A stretch of 63,289 nucleotides of DNA, counting the filler, from Choristocarpus tenellus KU-1152 (taxonomy: Eukaryota > Protista > Phaeophyceae), in assembly GCA_964200185.2 (NCBI GenBank). It is 13 parts of 13 records of this genome, joined end to end, with 100 filler letters (N's around TTAATTAATTAA, not from the genome) between each part and the next. Parts side by side here need not be neighbours in the genome. Positions count along the whole stretch, not along the records: positions 48,735 to 53,388 come from CAXNAD020013614.1; positions 53,489 to 59,543 come from CAXNAD020009056.1; positions 59,644 to 63,289 come from CAXNAD020018762.1; 10 more parts are not named here. One strand, 5' to 3'. This document shows, in pieces, positions 52,270-63,289 of the stretch. The notes under the pieces were generated by a model. The model saw nothing but the letters and a program-made list of their open reading frames with translations, had not been told where the DNA came from and did no database searches. The position numbers were made by a program, and so were the translations under genes. Each line of letters starts with the position of its first letter. The first letter of the stretch is position 1.

Positions 52270-53340
52270 TTTATTCTAACCCTAACCCTAAGCTATGCTA
52301 TACCGTTCACTTCCTGTGCCTCTAACCTAGCTTAGTCCTGTACTTCAGGGTGACGGGTTAGGGAGGCATCCCACGAATCTATCTTTGCCCATCTCCCTGG
52401 TGTCTCCAGCTTAAAGCGCATGATCCGTCTGGATAGGGTTACCTGTCTTGTGACAGAGAAAGTATCTGTCGTAGACGGGATTTGACAGCCCTCTTCCTGC
52501 TAGAACCTCCCGCCCCTCTCCCCCCTACCACGTGCGTAGCTAGCTCATCCAGAAAACTTTCTACTTGCTTACTAAGGCGCCTAAAACTTTCCACCGCGAA
52601 GGTGTTGAGGTTATAACTAGTAGGGTCATAAGAGCCCTTGTAGCGGGTGTGCTTTCGCACCTCAGCTGCAGCAGCAGCGATACCATCGCTGGTGGATGAG
52701 TGGGGAAGGTCGGAGGTTGCCTGCACTTCTGCAAACGTAGCATCTAGCAGGAGGCCTTTATCCCTGTAGGGGGCTGATCCGGCGTCTGCAAGTGCCCCTG
52801 CACGGGGGAGATTAGATCCATGCGGAACCTTCTGTCCACTGTGAAGGGGCTACCGTCCGCCATATGGCAAGGGATACCCATTCCCTTGCATAGTTGACTG
52901 AGACGTTTCACTATAGGAGTGTATTGGCGAACATGGCCTCCTGCCCTGGGGTAGGTACGGGCGTGTCTGGTGTCAACATTTTGCCTCCTGCGCCCAGTCA
53001 CTGGGCACCTGTTTGATAGGGTCACCTCCCTCCCTAGGGATCTCCTGGCGGTGAGTTTAAACTCTGAGGGGGGGATCTGGCATGCCAGCTCCATGGGTTG
53101 TGTTGAGGCCCATGCATTTACCCCTTGTCCATACTGGTTCCAGTGGCGTGCTAGGGCTAGTAATGGAGTTTTCCTTCCCCTGTTCCTCTTCATTTGGTAA
53201 GGCAGCTAATTGGGTCCGGAAGGAGTCAAAGCGGATCCTGTTTAGGAGGCGAGTGATCCCCTGTTGAGCCCTTCTTGTGATCCTGGCGTCATGTGGCGGT
53301 GCTTCATAGAGGAGAGGCCCAACCGCCCCTTGTTCGTAGA
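52270..53340 (-). mobile_element. Non-LTR retrotransposon 3' end with restriction-like endonuclease (RLE; CRE/R2/NeSL type)
   Basis: Degenerate zinc knuckle (RCP...DTRHA), then RMD, LLDAT, AAAAEVRKHTRY and FAVESF..L in canonical RLE order; frameshifted. Confidence 0.8.
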
Positions 53341-53488
53341 TAGTGCTGTTGATACACTATAGACACCACTGGTGGATTATGTGATAGGNNNNNNNNNNNN
53401 NNNNNNNNNNNNNNNNNNNNNNNNNNNNNNNNTTAATTAATTAANNNNNNNNNNNNNNNNNNNNNNNNNNNNNNNNNNNNNNNNNNNN

Positions 53489-53533
53489 GGTGAAAAACGG
53501 ACGCCGGCACCCCCTCCCCAGATACGTTGACCC
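53489..53533. mobile_element. MITE family B, partial
   Basis: GGTGAAAAACGGACGCC..CCCCAGATACGTTGACCC at the contig start. Confidence 0.75.
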
Positions 53534-54487
53534 AAGAATAAGGACATAAACATAATTTATTGGAGATAATTGTGGAGGTCATGACGACAAAGAGGAGTTA
53601 ACCACATGTTCAATCCGATTAACCAAACGTATGAATCCCAGCAATCACCTCAAAACACAGGCACCACAAGAGGTACATTAATTAGTTATTGTTGAACCCA
53701 CCCCTGGCATTTGGTTCAGAACCATAGCATCGAACCTTCAAGTTCATCTTCCTCACCCCTTCACTCCACGTCTATGGGTTAGTCACTGAGGTTTGTGTTG
53801 GTATCTTACATTGCGACCCCCTGGAGATGGAAGAATTCACATCTATATGCGCTAACCATCTCTACGTTTGTTTTCAATTAGGAGGGGGCCTGCGTTCACG
53901 AAATATATGTCAATGCCATTCGAGATATGGAATCCTGGGACAACTGACTCTAGTGGAGGAGGCTGCTCTTAGCCACCGCGTTGTAGAATAAGCTCATTTC
54001 AATCCATTTGCACCAACTGGACACTATTCGCTCAATCTGGATGACCCTGGTGATTGGGCCATTTTCCAGGCCACTTTGAGACTGGACAGGGAGAGAGGCG
54101 TCTGCCATAGTGGCTGGGAACGCGTGATTTGTACCGGATCATTGAATATACTATTCTCTGTGTGATTTAAGCTTAATTATAACATACAGTACTGGGTGGT
54201 TAACTTTAGAAGAATGGAAATTGATGTATGCAAAGCAGTTTTCACAGATGGTTAAGAAAACATTATCGAATCAGATACATTGCTGTTTGTTCTCATGCCG
54301 TTCAATACCATCATCATTCTGTTGCCTAGATGAATCGTGCTCACAACAAAGATATGGATCTGATTAATCCCTCCCAGCATGGAAATAAACATTTCTTCCG
54401 GAAATCTACCGTGGGAATGGGACCAGAATAGTCAAATTCGACCTCATGAAATATTTCCCACATTGAGAATTTGAAACAGAGAAACTA

Positions 54488-54664
54488 GGCTCAAAGTATC
54501 TAGGGGGCTGGCGGCTGTCTATTTGGGGTCAATTTTTTCATGTCGCGATTTTTGGGTAATTTGGTTCCATACGTTGGATAGATAATGAAAGTGCACTTTT
54601 CCTGGTTTTGGTCCAAATGGACACTCTGGTGCAGACCCCCCCCCCCCCCCAGATACTTTGGGTC
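54488..54664. mobile_element. PIF/Harbinger-like MITE family A, complete (177 bp)
   Basis: GGCTCAAAGTATCTAGGGGG ... CCCCCAGATACTTTGGGTC; flanks CTA/TTA (near 3-bp TSD). Confidence 0.85.
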
Positions 54665-54750
54665 TTACTCAAAGCAAACACTGTTACGGAGTGAACGAGG
54701 TAGATCTGACTGAAAAATTAGTTATAACTCATAGAGTGTTACTCTAGAGT

Positions 54751-54928
54751 GGGTCAAAGTATCTGGGGGGGGGGTGTCGGCGTCCGTTTTCCACCCTTTT
54801 TTCGATTTTAACTTTTTTGGTGTGATTTGGTCGCACGTGTTGGATTTGAAATGTCAGCAAAAAAAAGAGTTTGACCGATTCGGACGCCCCCTCACAAACC
54901 ACCACCCCCCCCCCAGATACTTTGACCC
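54751..54928. mobile_element. MITE family B, complete (178 bp)
   Basis: Perfect TIR GGGTCAAAGTATCTGGGGGGG ... CCCCCCCAGATACTTTGACCC; interior differs from family A; TSD not clean. Confidence 0.85.
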
Positions 54929-56339
54929 AAGTGCTGCATGTTTTCCTGAATCTTGCATTGCAGTCTTATCCCATGACTGAAGATTCATTTCAGATGTCTC
55001 GTTCCATCATCTTGCTGTACTTTCGTTCTATCAGAGAGTTCACATGCTGTCCAAGAAGATGCAAAAGAAAAAGAAAGGTCGTTCGAAAAAAGGTCGAAGG
55101 CAAAGAGAACAGTTCACCAGCAAGGAGTAAGAAGTCCCTTGTCAAGAAAAAGGCAAAAAGGATACAGAAGGCTGGGGAAAAGGCGAAGTCCAAGACGTAT
55201 GGCAAGATGAAGACTAAACAAGGTGATGTTGTGATCTATCATCAATAGCCCAACGTATCCCCCCCTGACACCTACCCCGATGATTAAAGTAGTAAAAAAA
55301 TGCCACGAGCAAAAGGTTCATTCGCAAAGAGCAAAGTTTACTTGATCTTGCTGGACATGTTTCTTGTTTGTGCAGTCAAACCCTTGTCAGCCATGTGTCG
55401 ATCCGACTACAAAAGGGGTGGTTCTTCGGCAAGCACACGCTCTCTCCATGAGCGATACCATGGTGACTCCACCGTGGCCAGGCGTTGCAGAAAGTTATCC
55501 ACACATGTGGAGGAAGCACCAGATATCTTGTTAAGAAGAGGGGGAGCACCTTCTAAGGTTTGGAAGCAGAGGATACGGCCACACAAAGCATCATCGGCGG
55601 AGAAGTGTGCATTTGTGAGCTGATGTTACATTGATCTTGTGCTCAGATACTCTGCTGTTCTGTTAGTGGGTTAACAATATCTTTGTGGCAGAGGGCAGCT
55701 AGATAGAGGCAGCATTAAAGTCATATGGGGTTGTGTCAGATCCAATTAAACTACTCCAGCAGAAGTAATACTCGGAGTATATTTCTACCTATCCTCTTCC
55801 TTGATAACAGAACGTGGAATATAGCCTGCATTATGTTTATATGGAAAAGAAAACTTAGTTTATTGTTTTACGGGAATCTTTCTGCCTTTCAATGAAAGAG
55901 GTTGTTTTAAAGAAGAGAGTATTATTATTGTCCACATTAGCCTGGGGCGTCCCAGATCTATGGTCGGAAGGTATATATAGTCCAAAGAAGGGAAATAAAC
56001 TACTCGAGAAAGGCAATGCGTAAAAAAAAATGACAGAAGAAGAGAAAAGAGACTGAGCGGACCTGCAGGTTAATGGACTAACCTCCACAACAAACTCGAG
56101 TCGTATCAGGTCCATCGAGGAAAACAAAACATCACTCGTCACATCTTACACAAAGGAAACGAACGGGTAATGAGAAAAAAACTAAAACTGAAAACTAAAA
56201 CAATAAAGCAGCATTCAACAGTATTGTTTGTGTGTATTGGATGGGCAACCTTTAGTTGCTGCCTAAACTTGTTGTGCATTGGTGATCACATAGTCGTTGG
56301 AATGTCACTTTGCCGTGAAGCTTGTTGTGTCGACAGTGA

Positions 56340-57420
56340 CACCCTAGTACCGATACGGTTCGTTAGTGGTCCTTGAGCTCCATCCCTCAAACATGATCTG
56401 AAACTTCTCAAGTTCATCTTGGAGGCACATCAATCAGTTCTTCTCCTGTCCACTTTGCCTTTGTTTTACATGTGCAAGCTCACCAAAGCATCAAAATATC
56501 TCGGGAAGTCTCTCATCTCCCATGCAAGTAGCTGAATCAGCAAAAGCGAATCTCCGTTTGTACTGAGTCACCTCGATGTTCTTAGATCCATTCTTCAAAA
56601 CAGCATCTCCACAGGACTGTCCAATATCGATGTGTTCCCACTTGCAAGATCTAATGCAATGTAAGAGGAATTTTTGGTGATGAGAGTGAAGCTTCAAAGC
56701 ATGGAGTATCCATATCATACAACCATGTAACAGAACTTTAAACACTCCAGCCTTGATAATTCGAATATTGAGCTAGAGTCATACACTGTCATGGAGCGCT
56801 TGGCTGGATTTTCGGAACCAACTCCAAGTTTTCTGGATCCGCTTATTTCAGAGTGATATCGGCTTTGGCACTGATGGTTCCCTCAAGTCAAACAAACATA
56901 TCAATCTGCTGGTAGTTCAAGTCCAGTGCCTGGATATGCACAATGTCTGCATCCTTATCAGGAGGCCAAAGACACATTGTCAATGTCTTCAGCTCTGACA
57001 CGGTCAGATCAAATGACCCGGTTAGCTTCACAAGCACTGTCATCTTCCTGGCCAAACCTTGGGTCTTAGAGACAATTTCTACAATGTCACCATAAAGTAT
57101 ACCGCACCAAGCCTGCTGAAGTGTTATCCCACTCCCCTGGCCCTCTTTCTCCTCTGAACCAGTGGTTTTGGCTGCTCTTTTGATGACAACAAGATCCTTA
57201 GAGATGGCCGAAGACAGAGGTGAACTCATTAACCGCTATACTTAGCCCTGCATTGAATAAGGTATTGAAGAGGATGGAAGCAAGAACACATCCTTGTTGA
57301 AGGCCCTTTCCTGCCTCAACCTATTCTGTGACCTTGCTGTTGCCCATGAGACACATGCCCACATTCCATCATGGAGCTGGCGGATCTCTAGTGCATGATA
57401 TGGTCGTCTTGCAAGCGCAT
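56340..57420 (-). mobile_element. 5'-truncated RTE-clade LINE, reverse transcriptase remnant
   Basis: HDGMWACV, GLQQGCVLASILFN, ILYGD (YADD site), LTVSELKT, LLHGC..W and KRR.AFA....MGDERLP; stops and frameshifts. Confidence 0.9.
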
Positions 57421-59327
57421 ATCTTTGACCATGATTAGGGACCCTTCCGACCTTGCCTCACCTATTCCAGAAAAAAACACACCGTGTTCAGAAGCACTTC
57501 TAACCTACAGTAGTATACTGTATTAACCCACAGTAACTCTCATCATAAGTACACCCAAAAAACTGTTCAGTACCTGCTGACCAAACCTTCATCCGTGCCT
57601 ACCTCAGTGATTGTTTCAGGCCTAATGCTTTGCCGAATGATGGCTCCACTCATAACCAAGCCCCCCCCCCCCCCCGCCCCCGACCCCGCGCCCAGCCCGC
57701 CTCTCGCTCCCGCCGAATCACGGCTCCACCCATACCCAAGCCCCCCCCCCCGCCCACCCCCCTCTGCCTTTGTCTCTTCCTCCCACCCTCCCCTACAACT
57801 TCACCTTGATTGTCCTGCTGTTGGCGACAACGTGAGGTTGGAGAGGAGGAGCTCTCCCTTTCTCCCTCCCTCTGCTCATCAGACAACCCGCCTCCATCCT
57901 CTTGTCCACTAAATTCTGAAGTATTTACCCTGTCAGGTGTAGTCACTTTACGTCGCTTTTTTCCACTCTGACTCCCCCCACCGATACTATTATCATTGCC
58001 TGAAGCAGAGCTCTCTGATAAATGTGATAGAGACATTCGAAACTCCTTTCGGACCTCCACGGATGAGTTCATGCCACAGGTTCTCTGGTAAATGTGGTTG
58101 GGGCAGGGGGGAAGAGGGGAATATACGGCTAGGTGGGGTCAGGAGGGCAGGAAGAGGGCAAAAGAGTGCGAGGGGGGTGCAGATGGAATGGTGCAGATGG
58201 GAAGATGAGGAGAGGAGGTCAGCGTTGAGGCTCTAAGATTAAGGGGTAGAGTGCATGCTACGAAAAGTAACATTTTCACCAACAGATCAAGGTGTAACTG
58301 TCACATTGAGCCAGTAGGATGCACTCGCCTGGCAACCTCTGCCACCCCCTCACTCCTACCAGAGCTCAGCTTAGGAAGAGGGATCGACAGTAGGGGAGGG
58401 TGGTGAAGATCATTAGAAGGCACATGTCCTTGGGTGTACTCAGAAAAGGTTTAGGAAAATGGCGGCTGCGAGGGGTGTGTGGGGTCCGATGCGTATTCGA
58501 GCGTGACGGAAGGTTGCAGTAGGGTTTTGTTTCCACTCCTGTCAGCTACAAGGTGCTTAGCAACTGGGAAATCCGAACCTCACAACAAAGTGCTCCAGAA
58601 AAATAAATAACACAGTTGTCCGGACAGTATCACGGTATGAGGAGTTCTCATTTTATCAATGATACGGATGCCATATAGCGTATGTTTCTTAATTATTATT
58701 TTGTCTCTTGCCAAATAAATCCATCGCCCTTTGCATTGCTAAAATCTATGAACTACTTCGAAGACAACTACTACCACTGTTACGCAATAACCTACAGGGG
58801 GTCTTTGCTTCCGCAGTAATGTTCATTTCAACTTGCTCTTCAACCTGCTGCTTCACAAAACCAACATTGCTTGAATTGTCCCAGAAAAAAAGAACAACTG
58901 CACATAACAAAGACGGTGGAGCAGGGGAAACCCCCCCCCCCCTCAGGTTCTTTCACCCTCACTTCTTTCATTCCCCGTGAAGGTTATAAAGGCAGAGAAA
59001 AAGTACCTGCAAAAGATACTCCTGAAAATAGAACTAGTCTCGAATACCCTGTCGACAAGTGGCTACCCCAAGAGAGTCGCAGCCACTCCCACCGTATGCC
59101 CGCGCTCGGTGCAATTCCTTCACTCTGACACTCAGGGCACTGGGCAGAAATCACCTCGTGTCAACACCACCTCCAGCCCTCGCAGTGCTTTGTTTTCAAA
59201 TGAACTACAACATGCCGGCAGGCATTGAAAGACAGTACAGTATCAAGTACATACCGTATCTATCGCTTCAAAAGTAGGTTATGTGAGTTGACAGCTAGCG
59301 ACTCGATCAGGGTATCCCACCGGGAGT

Positions 59328-59491
59328 GGCTCAAAGTATCTGGGGGTGGGGGGTGGTGGCTGTCCATTTGGGGTCAATTTTTTCATGTCGCGATTTTTGG
59401 GTGATTTGGTTGCATACGTCGGATGGATAATGTAAACACACTTTTCCTGGTTTTGACCCAAATAATAACAAATGGACACCCTGGTGTAGAC

Positions 59492-59538
<47 letters not shown>

Positions 59539-59543
59539 CCCAC
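59328..59543. mobile_element. MITE family A, near-complete, ending in a long C-run
   Basis: GGCTCAAAGTATCTGGGGG terminus; colinear with 54488-54664. Confidence 0.85.
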
Positions 59544-60054
59544 NNNNNNNNNNNNNNNNNNNNNNNNNNNNNNNNNNNNNNNNNNNNTTAATTAATTAAN
59601 NNNNNNNNNNNNNNNNNNNNNNNNNNNNNNNNNNNNNNNNNNNCTCTCTCCCTCTCAACGAAGAGCTCGGCTTTTGTTTTGGTGTGGTATCTCCTTACCC
59701 CCCCAGATACATTGGATCATTCTTTTCTTTTTTCATCCACTGCTTTGTTCTTCTTCAATGGTCCTTGTCGCCTTTTCTCAAGCAGTGTCTATTGCCTTCC
59801 TTTGTTGGACTACATTTTCCATCATGGGTCTGGGATGCCTCAAACTAATGCCATGACTAATAATGATAAAATTCATAATAATGCCATGGATGAAACGTAT
59901 GAGAGGAGTGGGAGGGTCAAAAGAGTGGAAGTCGCAGCAGTAACCTACACACACACACACACACAAACACAATATACACCTGTAGAGGTCTAATCACTAG
60001 GTGGCTGCACAAACAATTTTCAAGTGCAGGCCAACATAGAATTTTCATAGAAAG

Positions 60055-60595
60055 TCAGCCTCCAACCTTACATAATAGAAACAAATAAACATCCCACCCT
60101 CTCATCCAACATTGACTGACACAATACTTGGTAAGAATATCCTTCCCGCAGTCACTCCTTCCACACTCCATACTTATCAAACCCACCTTTGGTCCCTTCA
60201 CGGCACTCCTCTTTGGTGAATTTATGTCTGGCCTAAAAGTGCAGGCCCCGTACATATCCCCTTCGGTGCTCAGATTCTTCTGTTTACCTCTTACTCCAGG
60301 CTTGGCTCCTGGCGCGGACTTGATGTGCCTACAATGAATTGCATTATCAAAGAGGACTACTGGTGAAGAGGCCAATTGATGCCTGTAGCATAATGTAAAG
60401 TTGGATTTTAGAACAGGTTTGATCTCAAAAAGGTTGGACCCTAGGTGTCAGGAGGCTGAAGGATCGTTCTCTTCTTTCGGGACATCACAGGCAGGGTATG
60501 GGATGCCAATATCAGGGTTGGGTGGCTTGGGCATGCTCTGTTCATACTGAAGTGGGTGGTGCTCGCTCAGGGTATGAGATTGTTCAGAGCTTGCT
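60055..60595 (-). pseudogene. Exon-like segment with CTFRPDIN motif and one in-frame stop
   Basis: ttccag acceptor near 60595; long frame with a single TGA; the CTFxP.IN motif occurs in protist coiled-coil proteins. Confidence 0.3.
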
Positions 60596-62029
60596 GGAAA
60601 AAGTCAGAAAAGGAAATGTGATGTGCACAGAACTAATCCATAATTGAGGTGTTACGGTAAACACCAGGTGTGTGGAGTAACATTTGAGTCCTCGGCGATC
60701 GTTAAATAGTCTGGGGAGTGTTGGGATCAGAGCTTGTGCCAGGTCGTGGGTTAGGCAGGGGGGTCGGCTCTAGAAGTGTACTAATTGGTGGACAACCAAG
60801 GCTAGCTTGGTCCCGTCCAAGTAGGAGGTCAGTGAGGAAGGACCTCATCCACAAAAAAGCTATTGCAGAGCTCTTAGGGCTGAGGTTTTCGGTGCTTCTT
60901 TCAATTTAGTCAGACAAGTTCAGGGTGGGCGTGGCTTGAAAAACTACCCAGTACACAGCAGAATTCCGTCCGAGAAGAACCGTGCAACAGATTGTCTTGG
61001 CAAGAACATATGCATTTTCCATACCTCTTGCTTGGTGAGGCAATCGGTCGAAAGCTGTATTGGGAGTTGGTCACGTCTCTAAGGTTCTTGGCTATCTTCA
61101 CCCTCCTCGTCGCGGACTGTATTTTTTTTAGTTCAGGCAGAAAGGGTCAATTACAATAACTACCGTAATCTTATTGATCTGGTGAGCATTGTTGGGAATA
61201 CCTCCCCTACAAAGAATGATATCGAACCTACACCAATCAAGTGTTGCCTGCAGTCTCAAAGTGAAAAAAATTATCGAGAGACAGCTTGCACAAAATGTAC
61301 GCACAAAAAGGGGACAGGGACGAACGAGTAACGGGTACACTGTGCGATAACACTGCGACAATCAAAAGGCGCCAAGGGCTCTGGTGTATTTTACTGTGGC
61401 GAACAGACTCTTAGTCTTCCTCAGACTCGTCATTCGAACCGGACCTTACTGAGCTCTGTGGCATCGTTGCTTCGATTCCTGCGGCGAACATACTTATCCA
61501 ACCCCCCATGGGCTTCTCCGCTTACCACATGCACTTCTTCACCCTTCTCCTTGCTCGAAGTTGAACTGGAGACCAACACTGCCCTGCAATCAAAGGTACA
61601 CACATCTTGCCCAACATTAAGTCTCTCCTCTGGTCGCGGCTCGGGCCTTCAATTCAGACACGAGTTTCTTCAATTCACACAACAGTCTCTTTTGTGCATG
61701 CTTTCCTCAAGCTTTAGTCTTTCCGACTCTCAGTTACAGTCCAAGCAGACGGAGAACACACTGGACAATGATACTACCTACCCTTCGCAATGTTTGAAGA
61801 TGATTTTTGGTTGTTTTAGAATCTAGGGATGGGGTTAGGGTTTGGCCTAGAGTTGGGGTTGGGGTTTAATGTCACACATTCAGTTGGTGTTGTTGAGGTT
61901 CGGGCGAATCTCAACCCTAACTCCAACAAACAAACTCACCACCGGAGAGGGAAAATGTATGGTAAGTGAGACCTTTTCCTTCAAGACAGGGTTCGATTCC
62001 GTAAGTCGGTTGAGTTCCCCGAAACACTG

Positions 62030-62800
62030 CAGTCCTTCGTGAATGACAATGCAGACGAGCCACCAACGAACGGATTGATCTTCTCCCAAAATTCAAAAGA
62101 TGGACCATGACGAAGTCAACATTGCTGTGCTCTGCGATAGCTGGGAGGAGGGTACCTTCTGAGTCGCCCCAACTACAAACAAACGAGCCGACGAGCAACG
62201 ATCTCACCATCGTGAAACGCAAGGTCATCGTCCTGGGTCTCTCTTCTTCCTCCTACCCCCCACGCATCGCCCTCGATATGCCCCAATTCCATACTTCTCT
62301 CGCAGTCCTTGCATAGAGCGTACAGACTTCCCAACTTCGGTTACCACATCTCCTGATATATGTCTTTGTCTGGGAGTGCCATCCTTGTCAACGGGAGAGG
62401 GACTTGACCTTCCTCTTCTATGGCCCCGAAAAACACTAAATTTGCGCTCGTCAACCCTTAACATCGCGAGCAATGAGTACGGCGCCCGAAGAGCTTGCCC
62501 GTAACGACGACCATCAACCATTATGTGCAATGCGGGGGTACCGACCAGGTCAAAAGACCCTCCGGGAAAAAATGACCCTCAAATAATACAAGCGGCACGA
62601 GGAGACTCGGGTGAGACAAACCATTAGACAGACTAACTACCCTCGAACAATTAAAGACACCATGAGCAGAATGTGGTGAGAGGGAAACAAACCGTACGGG
62701 AGGGCTTCGAATTTCGCATCGATTGTTGACTGAATGCATCCCTTGCTTCCCAACCGGCATTTGTCGAGTGACAACAATGAGCGCACTGCCCCTAACGCTA
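62030..62800 (+). mobile_element. Possible decayed APE-type LINE endonuclease fragment
   Basis: VNIAVLCDSW and CNAGVPTR resemble APE motifs; very degenerate. Confidence 0.3.
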
Positions 62801-63289
62801 ACCGCTCTTAGCTTTGTCTACTACAATCCCAGTCTCTATTGTTTCAATGACCATATAACTAACTATGTAAGGAATGGTGAACCTCTCGCATCAATTCCCT
62901 GGCATCGATATCTCCATGGGACGACTGCGGCATTCCATCAACCAGACAGAACCAGAGGAGCCAAACAATGAGCGGTGCGTCTAAGAACAGTCGTCGAGAC
63001 TTGAGGGGCAATACTCTGCATTCCACAATCGTCTATCTAATCTATCGATCGACTGACAAAACCTTCTGAGGTGAGGTGCGTGCGACCGATTGTTAGACCA
63101 CCTTTCAACGACTCACCCTTGTTGGTTGGAAGAAAGCGTTTCCTTCGCAAGCAGTGGCCTCCTCACAACAGCAGAGTGTAGACGTTTCTCGGTCACAAGT
63201 GCGTCGAGGGATGCGGTTGTTGTTCGATTAGACTCTTCCAACTCTATCGGACAGTTACGGTAAATTATTTATGGAGTAATGGAACAATC

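Noticed and set aside
61945-62008. GGTTCGATTCC B-box suggesting a tRNA
   Set aside because: No convincing acceptor or anticodon stems could be formed.

Overview
Eukaryotic nuclear DNA, not one locus. Thirteen short contigs are joined by twelve artificial 100-bp linkers (N44-TTAATTAATTAA-N44), so adjacency across linkers means nothing. Spliceosomal introns, a bipartite ASAFAP-type plastid presequence, TTAGGG motifs and RTE/RLE retroelements point to a photosynthetic stramenopile, plausibly a brown alga or close relative (inference). Recognisable partial genes: NAA35/MAK10 head-to-head with a probable plastid-targeted CLC channel, a 4-exon kinesin motor domain, a VPS13 chorein-N exon, and the 3' end of an unknown protein with a split Cys/His module. 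The rest is mostly decayed Copia, hAT, RTE and RLE elements plus MITEs: a Stowaway-like fold-back and three PIF/Harbinger-like families sharing an AAAGTATCT TIR core. Top lead: two unlinked, multi-exon, decaying genes (about 12.3-14.4 kb and 29.2-33.4 kb) encode a ParB/Srx-like (D/N)G(N/Q)HR motif followed by a gap-free colinear block. They may be an undescribed eukaryotic ParB/DGQHR-like family carried by mobile DNA. One is only visible after splicing, the other only complete after removing a MITE. All family calls are motif recognition by eye; no searches were run.
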